Source: an uncultured delta proteobacterium (lineage in GTDB: Bacteria; Desulfobacterota; Desulfobacteria; Desulfobacterales; JAHEIW01). From it: 64,000 nt of DNA. Below are positions 1-9,572 of the stretch, piece after piece; position 1 is the stretch's first letter, and each line of letters opens with the position of its first letter. Both the position numbers and the translations under genes were made by a program. The stretch lies in assembly GCA_963706575.1 (NCBI GenBank), contig CAVPNL010000003.1:416001-480000 (forward strand), in the 5' to 3' direction. The notes beneath the pieces were generated by a model. The model had not been told where the DNA came from. It did not search any database and worked only from the letters and a program-made list of their open reading frames with translations.

Positions 1-174
1 GTTCTGACCTCATTGACAACCTTGATGGTCGTGGTGACGCTTTTTGTGCTGGGCGGCGGCATCATCCACGATTTCGCCTTCGCTTTAATCATCGGCGTGG
101 TTGTGGGAACGTATTCATCAATTTACGTGGCCAGTCCCATATTGCTCGCCTGGCAGAATCGCGGCAAGAAATAA
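1..174 (+). CDS. secF: Protein translocase subunit SecF, 3' end (partial, runs off window)
   Basis: Frame 1 translates as VLTSLTTLMVVVTLFVLGGGIIHDFAFALIIGVVVGTYSSIYVASPILLAWQNRGKK*; the GTYSSIxxASP motif is typical of the SecF C-terminus. Confidence 0.9.
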   Translation, partial: VLTSLTTLMVVVTLFVLGGGIIHDFAFALIIGVVVGTYSSIYVASPILLAWQNRGKK

Positions 175-240
175 CCCTCAATCTTTAAGTTGTTGCAAAT
201 ATATCCACTAAAGTATTTAGACTTAAGATAAACGAGCAAG

Positions 241-364
241 CGTTCAGAGGTTCAGAGGTTCAGGGATTCAGGGTTCGGACAACCTTGAACGGTGAACCCT
301 GAGCCTTTCAACGTTAATGAGAGAAGGCAACCTTGAACGCTGAACGCTGAACCGTGAACGCCTG
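241..364. repeat. Inverted tandem 7/8-mer array (GGTTCAGA-type left arm, TGAACGC/TGAACC right arms)
   Basis: cgttcaga-ggttcaga-ggttcagg-gattcagg ... ttgaacg-ctgaacg-ctgaacc-gtgaacg; caaccttgaacg occurs twice. Confidence 0.8.
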
Positions 365-372
365 TATATGAG

Positions 373-1497
373 ATGGATAACCTGCACTCTTGGTTTTGTT
401 TGAAAAACGTTCCGGGAATCGGCAATCACTTATATAAGCGATTAATCGACCGATTTAATTCGCCGGAGGCTGTTTTTCAAGCGTCACAGCAGGAGCTGCT
501 TGAAGTCGAAGGCATTTCCAAACGCCAATCGGCTGCGGTACTCAACTATAAGGCACCGCAAAGCATCAAAGCTGAAATCGATCAGGTAAATCAAAAAGGT
601 TATAAAATCATAACGCTGGCAGATTCATTTTATCCGCCGCTTTTAAGGGAAATACCGGATCCGCCGCCGTTTTTATATGTCTCCGGCAGCCTGGATGGTT
701 CACCAAAAAATATTGCTGTTGTCGGCTCACGCAATCCAACCGCATACGGCATTTCAGCCACTCAGAAACTGTGCGCCGATCTGTCCGCACACGGCATTAC
801 CATCGTCAGCGGCATGGCTGTCGGCATTGACACAGCCGCTCATCAGGGCGCCCTATCCGGCAAGGGAAAAACCGTCGCCGTTCTGGGCAGCGGCTTTAAT
901 AAGATTTATCCATCACAAAACCGGAGTTTGTTTAAACGCATTGCAGAAGAAGCTGCCGTCATTTCGGAATTTGCGCTGAACGCAGATCCAGAAGCACATC
1001 ATTTCCCAATTCGCAACAGAATCATCAGCGGCATGTGCATGGGAACTGTCGTCGTCGAAGCCACACGCAAAAGCGGATCCCTTATCACTGCACGGCTTGC
1101 GGCCGATCAGAATCGAGAAGTATTTGCGGTTCCGGGAAGCATTCAATCATTTAAAAGCACCGGTACTCACGCCCTCATCAAACAGGGGGCCAAATTGGTG
1201 GAAAATGCACAGGATGTCATTGAAGAGTTGATCGCCTATATGGATATGGGACCACCCGGTTTGCATGAAGACCGTGATTATAACCATGTCGCCAGGAAAC
1301 AACCATCATTACCGCCTGAAGAACTGGCTGTATATAACCATCTCAGTCCGTATCCGGAACATATTGACACCATTATCCGTAGAACCCATATTGAGTCTGG
1401 CAAACTATTGAGTCTGCTGTTACAATTAGAGCTGAAAGGAATCGTGCAGCAGCTGCCGGGTAAATATTTTGCCCTTTTTGAAAACAAATCTGATTAA
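373..1497 (+). CDS. dprA: DNA-processing protein DprA/Smf
   Basis: DPPPFLY, AVVGSR, SGMAVGID, FPIRNRIISG and REVFAVPG motifs; C-terminal winged helix; adjacent to topA. Confidence 0.95.
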   Translation: MDNLHSWFCLKNVPGIGNHLYKRLIDRFNSPEAVFQASQQELLEVEGISKRQSAAVLNYKAPQSIKAEIDQVNQKGYKIITLADSFYPPLLREIPDPPPFLYVSGSLDGSPKNIAVVGSRNPTAYGISATQKLCADLSAHGITIVSGMAVGIDTAAHQGALSGKGKTVAVLGSGFNKIYPSQNRSLFKRIAEEAAVISEFALNADPEAHHFPIRNRIISGMCMGTVVVEATRKSGSLITARLAADQNREVFAVPGSIQSFKSTGTHALIKQGAKLVENAQDVIEELIAYMDMGPPGLHEDRDYNHVARKQPSLPPEELAVYNHLSPYPEHIDTIIRRTHIESGKLLSLLLQLELKGIVQQLPGKYFALFENKSD

Positions 1498-1516
1498 TTG
1501 AGCCAGAGGAGAAACC

Positions 1517-3793
1517 GTGACCAAACCGCTTGTAGTTGTGGAGTCGCCAACGAAAGTCAAAACGATAAAGAAATACCTGGGCAAAGATTATAATGTGGCT
1601 GCAACCGTTGGGCATATTAAAGATCTCCCCAGCAAGGAAATGGGGATCGATATCGAAGGCGGGTTTAAACCCAAGTATAAAAGTATCCCCGGAAAGCAAA
1701 AGATAATAAAGACCTTAAAACAGGCTGCCGGAGACGCCACCGACATTTATCTGGCGCCGGACCCGGATCGCGAAGGGGAAGCCATCGCCTGGCATACATC
1801 CGAAGTACTTAAACAAAAAGGTCGCAAATTTTACCGGGTCCTTTTCCATGAATTAACCAAAGACGCCATTAACAAAGCAATGGTTTCACCACAGAACCTT
1901 GACGCCTCGAAATATGAAGCGCAGCAGGCCCGCCGGATACTCGACAGACTGGTCGGATACCAGATCTCGCCATTGCTGTGGCGCAAGGTCAAGGGCGGCT
2001 TGAGTGCCGGCCGCGTCCAATCGGTTGCCCTGCGAATCATCTGTGAGAGAGAACGCGCCATCCACGCATTTGAAGCCCGTGAATACTGGTCCATCACCGC
2101 ACATCTTGAAGGGGAGACCCCGCCCCCGTTCGCTGCAAAACTGGTCAAAAAAAATAATGAAAAAATTGAAATTCCAAATGAAGAAAAAACCAATACGATA
2201 TTAGCGGAACTCGAAGATCAGAAATTCGTTGTCAAAAAAGTCGTCAAAAAAACAGTTCGCAAGAATCCGCTGCCGCCCTTTACCACCAGTAAGCTTCAGC
2301 AGGATGCCATCCGCAAGCTACGATTTTCTGCCAAAAAAACCATGCTGATCGCCCAGCAGTTATACGAAGGTATCGAACTGGGTCCGGGAGGTCCAGTCGG
2401 ACTTATCACCTATATGCGCACCGATTCCACCCGCATTGCCAAAGAGGCCGCCGATGAAGCCCTGGAATTCATTCGGGGAAAATTCGGTAATGATTATGCC
2501 CTGGAAAGGCCGCGCTTTTTTAAAAATCGAAAAAAAGCTCAGGATGCGCATGAAGCCATCCGCCCGACCTCGGTCGCCAAGACCCCTGAGGAATTGGCCC
2601 CGTATTTATCAAACGATCAACTGTCTTTATACCGGCTTATCTGGCAACGATTTGTGGCATCTCAAATGCAACAGGCGCAGATCAATCAAGTGTCGGTGAC
2701 AATTGAAGCCGGCCTTTATCAGTTTGCTGCCAGCGGCTCAACCGTTAAATTCCCGGGCTTTATGGCACTTTACATGTCGGTCGACGATGAAATCGCAGAT
2801 AAGGACCAGAAGAAAGCACCGGCCCTTCCAGTGCTGCCGGAAGGGTTGATCCTAAAGCTACTGCAGTTGGAACCCAAACAGCATTTCACCCAGCCGCCGC
2901 CGAGATTTTCAGAAGCTTCGCTGGTAAAAGAGCTCGAAGAGAACGGGATTGGTCGCCCCAGTACCTACGCCAGCATATTGTCTACCATACGAGAAAAAGA
3001 ATATGCAGATCTGCAAAACAGATATTTCAGACCGACCGAACTGGGTTTTATCGTAAACGACCTTTTGGTCGAAAATTTCCCGGATATCTTTGATGTGGAA
3101 TTTACGGCCCGAATGGAAGAAAATCTGGACCGGATCGAATCCTCGGAGGATGAGTTATTCAAAATTTTATCCCAATTTTATCATCCCTTTAAAAAGGATC
3201 TGGAAGCCGCTGCTGAAGATATGCTCAGCGTTAAAGGCGTTGGATTTTCCACCGGACTCGATTGTCCGGAATGTCAAAAGCCATTGCATATCAAGGTCGG
3301 AAAAAACGGACCTTTTCTAGCATGTAGCGGCTATCCGGATTGCAGCTACTCCAATGACTACACTCGTGATGAAAAAGGAAATATCCAGCCTGTTGAATTA
3401 TCTTCCGAGGAAGTGGTTGATAAGTCTTGCGATAAATGCGGCAGCCCGATGGTTATCAAACGCGGCCGCTACGGCGAATTTTTAGCGTGCAGCGCTTATC
3501 CGGATTGCAAAAATACGCAATCCTTAAATTCCAATGGCGCCAATTCTAAAATCGGCATCAATTGTCCTGAAGACGGCTGCGATGGGGATATCGTTGAAAG
3601 AAAATCAAAGCGCGGGAAAATATTTTACGGCTGCAGCCGATTCCCGAAATGCGAGTTTGCCAGTTGGGACAAGCCGATCGCACAAGATTGCCCGCAATGC
3701 GGCGCAAAGCTATTGGCTGAGAAGACCACCAAAAAGCAAGGGACTTTTTTGATCTGTCTGTCCAAAGAATGCGGCTTTAAAGAACCTATATAG
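1517..3793 (+). CDS. topA: DNA topoisomerase I (type IA)
   Basis: VESPTK, DPDREGE, SAGRVQS and ITYMRTDS motifs; C-terminal Zn ribbons; GTG start after GAGGAG. Confidence 0.97.
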   Translation: MTKPLVVVESPTKVKTIKKYLGKDYNVAATVGHIKDLPSKEMGIDIEGGFKPKYKSIPGKQKIIKTLKQAAGDATDIYLAPDPDREGEAIAWHTSEVLKQKGRKFYRVLFHELTKDAINKAMVSPQNLDASKYEAQQARRILDRLVGYQISPLLWRKVKGGLSAGRVQSVALRIICERERAIHAFEAREYWSITAHLEGETPPPFAAKLVKKNNEKIEIPNEEKTNTILAELEDQKFVVKKVVKKTVRKNPLPPFTTSKLQQDAIRKLRFSAKKTMLIAQQLYEGIELGPGGPVGLITYMRTDSTRIAKEAADEALEFIRGKFGNDYALERPRFFKNRKKAQDAHEAIRPTSVAKTPEELAPYLSNDQLSLYRLIWQRFVASQMQQAQINQVSVTIEAGLYQFAASGSTVKFPGFMALYMSVDDEIADKDQKKAPALPVLPEGLILKLLQLEPKQHFTQPPPRFSEASLVKELEENGIGRPSTYASILSTIREKEYADLQNRYFRPTELGFIVNDLLVENFPDIFDVEFTARMEENLDRIESSEDELFKILSQFYHPFKKDLEAAAEDMLSVKGVGFSTGLDCPECQKPLHIKVGKNGPFLACSGYPDCSYSNDYTRDEKGNIQPVELSSEEVVDKSCDKCGSPMVIKRGRYGEFLACSAYPDCKNTQSLNSNGANSKIGINCPEDGCDGDIVERKSKRGKIFYGCSRFPKCEFASWDKPIAQDCPQCGAKLLAEKTTKKQGTFLICLSKECGFKEPI

Positions 3794-3984
3794 AACCTGT
3801 CTCAAAAATAGGATTTTGGTTCAAGATCGCGGCGGAGCCGAGCTTTCCCGCGATGCGGGATTCCCCGTCTGATCTTATACTCTTTGTGGGTCGTAAACCG
3901 CAGGCATACTGTTGTATGTCGAGGATTTAAAGCGAGGCACCAACAAAGATATTGGGCCAAAAGACATTTTTGAGAGGGGTTCTA
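3791..3984. mobile_element. MITE-like element (194 bp) with terminal inverted repeats
   Basis: TAGAACCTGTCTCAAAAAT (3791-3809) vs ATTTTTGAGAGGGGTTCTA (3966-3984), 17/19 complementary; subterminal IR ttttggttcaagatc/gatattgggccaaaa; no ORF; left end is the topA stop codon. Confidence 0.75.
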
Positions 3985-3991
3985 AAAATGC

Positions 3992-4020
3992 TTGACAACA
4001 AGATATTGTCCTGCTACAAG
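3992..4020 (+). promoter_or_regulatory. Putative sigma70 promoter of the ilv leader/operon
   Basis: TTGACA-17 nt-TACAAG with TG extended -10. Confidence 0.55.
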
Positions 4021-4050
4021 GTAGCATAAATTCAAACGCTTTTAGTCATC

Positions 4051-4143
4051 ATGAAAAAAATAAACGTCATTACCAACCTTATTAGCCTAATTCTGGTACT
4101 CGTCAGCGGCATTATTATTGTCCGCTGGGGGGCATGGGGTTGA
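4051..4143 (+). CDS. ilv operon leader (attenuator) peptide, 30 aa: MKKINVITNLISLILVLVSGIIIVRWGAWG
   Basis: Manual translation; 15 of 30 codons are Ile/Leu/Val (7 I, 4 L, 4 V); lies between the promoter and terminator upstream of ilvB. Confidence 0.85.
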   Translation: MKKINVITNLISLILVLVSGIIIVRWGAWG

Positions 4144-4168
4144 TAATGGCCTGACTTAATCGTCCAAG

Positions 4169-4215
4169 AAAAAAAATCCGTTATCAGCTCCAAAGCTGAT
4201 AACGGATTTTTTTTT
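4169..4215 (+). terminator. Attenuator terminator of the ilv leader
   Basis: 14-bp stem ATCCGTTATCAGCT-ccaa-AGCTGATAACGGAT followed by a T run. Confidence 0.9.
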
Positions 4216-4282
4216 GCGCGAGCATTGGCATCTTCATACAGCCTAACATTAACGCTAAAGAAGTTTAAAGAGGGAAACAAAA

Positions 4283-5968
4283 ATGGAACTAACCGGTGCA
4301 CAAATCATGATGGAAGTTCTCAAAGAAGAAGGGGTGGACACCATCTTCGGATTCCCTGGCGGAGTCGTAATTGATTTATTTGACGAATTGGCCAAAACGG
4401 ATATCCGACGTATACTGGTCAGACATGAACAGGGCGCCGTGCATGCAGCCGACGGTTATGCCCGCGCCAGTGGTAAAACAGGAGTTTGCCTGGTAACCTC
4501 GGGCCCGGGGGCAACTAACACGGTTACCGGAATTGCGACGGCCTATATGGACTCCATCCCCCTGGTTGTTTTTACCGGTCAGGTGCCTACCCAGCTGATC
4601 GGCAATGACGCCTTCCAGGAAGTTGACATCGTCGGCATCACCCGCCCCTGCACCAAACATAATTACCTGGTGCAATCGGCAGAAGAATTTCCCCGGATCA
4701 TCAAAGAAGCATTTTACCTGGCCCGCTCCGGTCGTCCGGGACCGATACTCGTTGATATCCCCAAAGATGTCACCAAAGAAATCTTTGACTACACTCCCAT
4801 AAAAGAGGTTCGGCTAAAATCATACAATCCGACCTATAACCCGAACATGAAGCAATTGCGAAAAGCGGTTGGCCTGATCAAAGAATCAGCGCGACCGGTA
4901 ATTTTTGCCGGAGGCGGTATTATTCTTTCCCGGGCTGCAGCCGAACTGACCGAATTTGCCCGCAAAACCCAGATCCCGGTCACGACCTCTCTGATGGGTT
5001 TGGGCGCATTTCCGGGCACAGACCCTTTGTGGCTTGGAATGATCGGCATGCATGGTACCTATCGGGCAAATATGAGCACCGGCGCCTGCGATCTTATCGT
5101 TTCTATCGGTGTCCGATTTGATGACCGCGTCACCGGAAAAACAGATGCATTTGCTTCCCAGGCAAAAATCGTTCACATCGATATTGATCCGACCTCAATC
5201 CGGAAAAATATACCGGTGACCATTCCGATTGTGGGAGATTGTAAAGCCAGCCTGCGCCTCTTGAATGAACTCATCGATGAAGCCGGCCCGGAAGACATTG
5301 CCGCCAAACGTAAAAAATGGTTCGCACAAATTGAGGAATGGAAAAGCACCAACCCGCTGGCCTACAAGCAGGAGGATACAATCAAACCTCAGTTTGTTGT
5401 CGAAAAACTTTATGAATTAACAAAAGGTGAGGCCATTATCACGACCGAAGTGGGCCAAAACCAAATGTGGGCCGCCCAATATTATCATTTTAATCAGCCC
5501 AACCATTTTATCACATCCGGCGGCCTCGGTACGATGGGATTTGGTCTGCCGGCAGCCATCGGTGCCCAGATAGCCTGCCCCGATAAACTGGTAGTCGATA
5601 TCGCGGGTGATGGTAGCATTCAGATGAACATTCAAGAGATGGCCACGGCGGTCCAATGTTGTTTGCCGGTTAAGGTGGCTATTTTGAACAACGCCTATCT
5701 GGGGATGGTCCGCCAATGGCAGGAATTATTTTATGAAAAACGTTACGTCTGCACGGACATGGATTGTGCTCCCGATTTCGTAAAGCTCGCCGAGGCATTC
5801 GGGGCAGTCGGTTTACGGGCATCAAAACCGGAGGAGGTTGAAGCGGTACTCAAAGAAGGCCTCTCGGTTCCGCAACCCGTCATTATGGATTTTAGAGTCG
5901 ATCGAGAGGAAAGTGTTTATCCCATGGTTCCCGCCGGCGCGCCCATTACGGAAATGCTGCTGGTCTAG
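4283..5968 (+). CDS. ilvB: Acetolactate synthase large subunit
   Basis: RHEQGAVHAADGYAR, TSGPGATN and GDGSIQMN ThDP motifs. Confidence 0.97.
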   Translation: MELTGAQIMMEVLKEEGVDTIFGFPGGVVIDLFDELAKTDIRRILVRHEQGAVHAADGYARASGKTGVCLVTSGPGATNTVTGIATAYMDSIPLVVFTGQVPTQLIGNDAFQEVDIVGITRPCTKHNYLVQSAEEFPRIIKEAFYLARSGRPGPILVDIPKDVTKEIFDYTPIKEVRLKSYNPTYNPNMKQLRKAVGLIKESARPVIFAGGGIILSRAAAELTEFARKTQIPVTTSLMGLGAFPGTDPLWLGMIGMHGTYRANMSTGACDLIVSIGVRFDDRVTGKTDAFASQAKIVHIDIDPTSIRKNIPVTIPIVGDCKASLRLLNELIDEAGPEDIAAKRKKWFAQIEEWKSTNPLAYKQEDTIKPQFVVEKLYELTKGEAIITTEVGQNQMWAAQYYHFNQPNHFITSGGLGTMGFGLPAAIGAQIACPDKLVVDIAGDGSIQMNIQEMATAVQCCLPVKVAILNNAYLGMVRQWQELFYEKRYVCTDMDCAPDFVKLAEAFGAVGLRASKPEEVEAVLKEGLSVPQPVIMDFRVDREESVYPMVPAGAPITEMLLV

Positions 5969-5972
5969 ATTG

Positions 5973-6028
5973 GTTATTCGTTATTCGTTAATGCTTATTG
6001 GAATAACGGATAACAGATAACAAATAAC
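5973..6028. repeat. 4+4 inverted heptamer array without spacer
   Basis: gttattc-gttattc-gttaatg-cttattg | gaataac-ggataac-agataac-aaataac. Confidence 0.85.
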
Positions 6029-6100
6029 TTTCGGACAAAAATTTACAGATTCTTGTTAACGGCAGCTCATTTATGACAAAGCAGTAATAGGAACATTGAT

Positions 6101-6589
6101 ATGGAAGAAAAAAAACATACGATGACGATGCTGGTTGATAATCAGCCGGGGGTCCTTTCAAGGGTGGCCGGATTATTCAGCGGCAAGGGATTCAATATTG
6201 AAAGTTTGTGCACAGCCCCGACCATGGATCCCCGGGTTTCCAGAATCACCATTGTCACCAAGGCCAACCCGCCACTCATCGAACAAATTGAAAAGCAGCT
6301 CAGAAAACTGATTAATGTAATAAAACTGCGCGATATGACCGGGCCCAAGTCGGTTAAACGCGAAATGGCCTTGATCTGTGTGCAGGCCAGACCGGAGCTG
6401 CGGGCAGAAATACTGCGGATCGTCGACATCTTCCGCTGCAAAGTCATAGACGTCGGCATCGAGCATTATATTATCGAAGTAACCGGAGATGAAGGAAAAC
6501 TGGCCGCTCTGATTAATCTGCTCAAACCCATGGGAATAAAAAAAATTGCCCGCAGCGGCACCCTGGCGCTTTATCGTGAACCCAAGTAG
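6101..6589 (+). CDS. ilvN: Acetolactate synthase small (regulatory) subunit
   Basis: ACT domain LVDNQPGVLSRVAGLFS...NIESL; QIEKQLRKLINV; follows ilvB. Confidence 0.95.
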   Translation: MEEKKHTMTMLVDNQPGVLSRVAGLFSGKGFNIESLCTAPTMDPRVSRITIVTKANPPLIEQIEKQLRKLINVIKLRDMTGPKSVKREMALICVQARPELRAEILRIVDIFRCKVIDVGIEHYIIEVTGDEGKLAALINLLKPMGIKKIARSGTLALYREPK

Positions 6590-6617
6590 TTTTTAATTAA
6601 TAAACGGGCTTTTTCCT

Positions 6618-6678
6618 TCGCGGCTGGAAGCCGCTCCCACAAGCCAAATCAGTCTGTGGCAGCGGCTTCCAGCCGCGA
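6618..6678. repeat. REP-like inverted doublet (GTGG-type)
   Basis: TCGCGGCTGGAAGCCGCTCCCAC ... GTGGCAGCGGCTTCCAGCCGCGA; each arm has an internal GCGGC/GCCGC palindrome. Confidence 0.85.
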
Positions 6679-6719
6679 TATAACCAAACAACTAAACACA
6701 AACAGCGAAGAGGATAATT

Positions 6720-7772
6720 ATGGCACAGTTCAACTTTGGTGGCGTGATGGAAGAAGTGATTACGGATGATGAATTTCCCCTGCAAAAAGCCAGAGAAATT
6801 CTTAAAAACGAAATTGTGGCGGTTCTGGGTTACGGTGTCCAGGGACCGGGACAGGCGCTGAATATGAGAGACAACGGTATCAACGTTATCGTTGGCCAGC
6901 GCGAAAACAGCGCCTCCTGGGACCGGGCAGTTGCCGACGGCTTTGTGCCCGGCAAAACGCTTTTTCCGGTCGAGGAAGCCGCCAGGCAGGCGACCATCAT
7001 CCAGTACCTGCTTTCGGATGCCGGCCAGATGGCTGTGTGGCCGCAGCTAAAAGAATGTCTGGCCGAAGGAAACACGCTTTATTTTTCGCATGGATTTTCT
7101 ATTGTGTTTCACGATCAAACCAATGTGATTCCGCCGCAAAATGTGGATGTGGTTCTGGTCGCACCCAAAGGGTCGGGGCGTACGGTTAGAAGCAATTTTC
7201 TGGATGGCAGCGGTATCAACTCAAGTTTCGCAATCCATCAGGATTACAGCGGGAACGCCAGGGAAAAAACGCTGGCGCTGGGAATTGCCATCGGCTCCGG
7301 TTATCTGTTCCCCACCACCTTTGCCAATGAAGTCCACAGTGATTTAACCGGCGAACGCGGCGTGCTGATGGGGTGTCTGGCCGGTGTCATGGAAGCGCAG
7401 TATACGCTTTTACGAAAACACGGACACAGCCCCAGCGAAGCCTTTAATGAGACGGTTGAGGAGTTGACCCAGAGTCTCATCCGCCTGGTGGCTGCAAACG
7501 GTATGGATTGGATGTTTGCCAGTTGCTCGACCACAGCGCAGCGCGGTGCCCTGGACTGGGCACCGAAATTTCGAAATGCGGTAACGCCGGTGTTTGATGA
7601 ACTGTATGAAAAAGTCATCTCCGGAGAAGAGACCAAACGCGTGCTGGAATCCAACAGCGCTCCGGATTATCGCCAAAAGCTTGAAAAAGAATTAGCGCAG
7701 ATCAAAGAATCTGAAATGTGGCAGACCGGCACGACGGTACGCTCACTCAGGCCGGAAAACCGAAAAAAATAA
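6720..7772 (+). CDS. ilvC: Ketol-acid reductoisomerase
   Basis: GYGVQGPGQALN, YFSHGF, VAPKGSG, DLTGERGVLMG and EAFNETVEE motifs. Confidence 0.95.
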   Translation: MAQFNFGGVMEEVITDDEFPLQKAREILKNEIVAVLGYGVQGPGQALNMRDNGINVIVGQRENSASWDRAVADGFVPGKTLFPVEEAARQATIIQYLLSDAGQMAVWPQLKECLAEGNTLYFSHGFSIVFHDQTNVIPPQNVDVVLVAPKGSGRTVRSNFLDGSGINSSFAIHQDYSGNAREKTLALGIAIGSGYLFPTTFANEVHSDLTGERGVLMGCLAGVMEAQYTLLRKHGHSPSEAFNETVEELTQSLIRLVAANGMDWMFASCSTTAQRGALDWAPKFRNAVTPVFDELYEKVISGEETKRVLESNSAPDYRQKLEKELAQIKESEMWQTGTTVRSLRPENRKK

Positions 7773-7773
7773 C

Positions 7774-7912
7774 GAGCGCCCCGCCTGTGGCGGGACTTTA
7801 GGAGCGGCTCTAAAGAGCCTCGAGGAGCGGCCTTTTAGGCCTTGAGGTCAGAAAACGCCTTGCATAGAGCGCAGCGCTCCTCAAACGAAGTACTCCTAAA
7901 GCGAAGCGCTCC
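7774..7912. repeat. GAGCG-rich palindromic repeat element, homologous (inverted) to 58065-58268
   Basis: Both ends align by eye with the reverse complement of the ruvA-ruvC spacer. Confidence 0.7.
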
Positions 7913-7932
7913 ACAATTGTTTGGAGAACCTA

Positions 7933-9552
7933 ATGGACCCAATCTTGCTGTATGATACGACCCTAAGAGATGGAACCCAGGGAGAAAATGTCACGTTCTC
8001 GGCAGACGAAAAATTAAATATAGCGATGCGCCTCGATGATATCGGCATCCACTATATCGAAGGCGGCTGGCCCGGGTCCAACCCGAGAGATGTTGCCTTT
8101 TTTAAACTGGCCAAACGCGTAACATTTAAATCCGCTCGTCTGGCGGCATTTGGCTCAACCCGCAAGCCCGGCACCCGCCCGGATCGAGATGACAATCTCA
8201 ATGCCCTGCTGGAAACCGAAACGCCGGCAGTCACTCTTTTTGGTAAAAGCTGGGACCTGCATGTAGAGAAAATCATGAACAACACCCTGCCAGAAAATTT
8301 GTCCATGATAAACGACAGTGTAGCCTTTTTAAAACAACATGGCCGCGAGGTCATCTACGACGCTGAACACTTTTTTGACGGCTATAAAGACAACAGGGAC
8401 TATGCCATGCAATCACTTGCAGCAGCGCTGGATGGTGGCGCGGATTTTATTGTTTTATGCGATACCAATGGGGGCACCCTGCCATTTGAACTGGCATCGA
8501 TCATTGCTGAAGTTCAACAACAGATGAATAACATCAGCACAAGCCCATCTCAAAACGGTTCTGTCAAACTCGGAATTCACAGCCACAACGATTGCGGGAT
8601 GGCAGTGGCGAATTCGATAACCGCCGTTCAAAACGGCGTGGTAATGGTGCATGGGACCATAAATGGATATGGTGAGAGATGCGGCAATGCCGATCTAACC
8701 TCAATCATTCCGATCCTGAGCATCAAGATGGACCGCACGTGCGTCACGCCAGAAAATCTCAAAAAAATAAAAACCCTTTCAAGATATGTCAGCGAAACCG
8801 CCAACCTGGTTCCGTTAAATTCGCGGCCCTTTGTCGGTAAAAGTGCCTTCGCCCATAAGGGCGGCATCCACGTCAGCGCCATCATGAAAACGCCAAGGGC
8901 CTACGAACACATGGAGCCTGCAATGGTCGGCAACAGTCGTCGGGTTCTGGTATCCGATCTTTCCGGCAAAAGCAACGTGGAATACAAAGCCAAAGAACTC
9001 GGGGTTGAAATCGGCAAAAACGGTTTTGACAGCCGCCAGATCGCTTCGGAGATCAAACAAATGGAACAGGAAGGCTATCAGTTTGATACTGCCGACGGCA
9101 CCTTTAAAATCCTGCTGGAAAAGTTTACCGATCAATTCAAACCTCATTTTGCGCTCGAATCCTTCCGGGTCACCATCGAAAAGGACAAAGATCAGCCCTG
9201 CAGCGCCCATGCCACCATTAAAATCAGCGTCGGCGACAAAAAAGAGATTACAGCCGGCGAAGGATACGGACCCGTCAGTGCCCTGGACAATGCCCTGCGA
9301 AAAGCGCTGGATAAATTTTATCCGGATCTGGATACGATGCGCCTGGTCGATTTTAAGGTGCGGGTAATTGATGGAACCCGCGGTACGGCCGCCAAGGTCA
9401 GGGTTTTAATTGAATCGCGGGATCAAAACGAGATCTGGAGTACTATGGGAGTTTCAGAGGATATTATCGAGGCCAGCTGGCAGGCCCTGGCCGACAGTTT
9501 TCAGTTTAAACTCGACAACGAGGAACGCATCCGACTCCAGAATTCAGTCTGA
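7933..9552 (+). CDS. cimA: Citramalate synthase
   Basis: LYDTTLRDGTQGE, IEGGWPGSNP, DAEHFFDG and AFAHKGGIH motifs; ATG 7933 follows GGAG (ORF track starts at TTG 7921). Confidence 0.92.
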   Translation: MDPILLYDTTLRDGTQGENVTFSADEKLNIAMRLDDIGIHYIEGGWPGSNPRDVAFFKLAKRVTFKSARLAAFGSTRKPGTRPDRDDNLNALLETETPAVTLFGKSWDLHVEKIMNNTLPENLSMINDSVAFLKQHGREVIYDAEHFFDGYKDNRDYAMQSLAAALDGGADFIVLCDTNGGTLPFELASIIAEVQQQMNNISTSPSQNGSVKLGIHSHNDCGMAVANSITAVQNGVVMVHGTINGYGERCGNADLTSIIPILSIKMDRTCVTPENLKKIKTLSRYVSETANLVPLNSRPFVGKSAFAHKGGIHVSAIMKTPRAYEHMEPAMVGNSRRVLVSDLSGKSNVEYKAKELGVEIGKNGFDSRQIASEIKQMEQEGYQFDTADGTFKILLEKFTDQFKPHFALESFRVTIEKDKDQPCSAHATIKISVGDKKEITAGEGYGPVSALDNALRKALDKFYPDLDTMRLVDFKVRVIDGTRGTAAKVRVLIESRDQNEIWSTMGVSEDIIEASWQALADSFQFKLDNEERIRLQNSV

Positions 9553-9572
9553 ACAACCAAAGGAGAAGAAAA

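Noticed and set aside
4032..4301. 89-aa minus-strand ORF upstream of ilvB
   Set aside because: Antisense shadow of the leader peptide and attenuator
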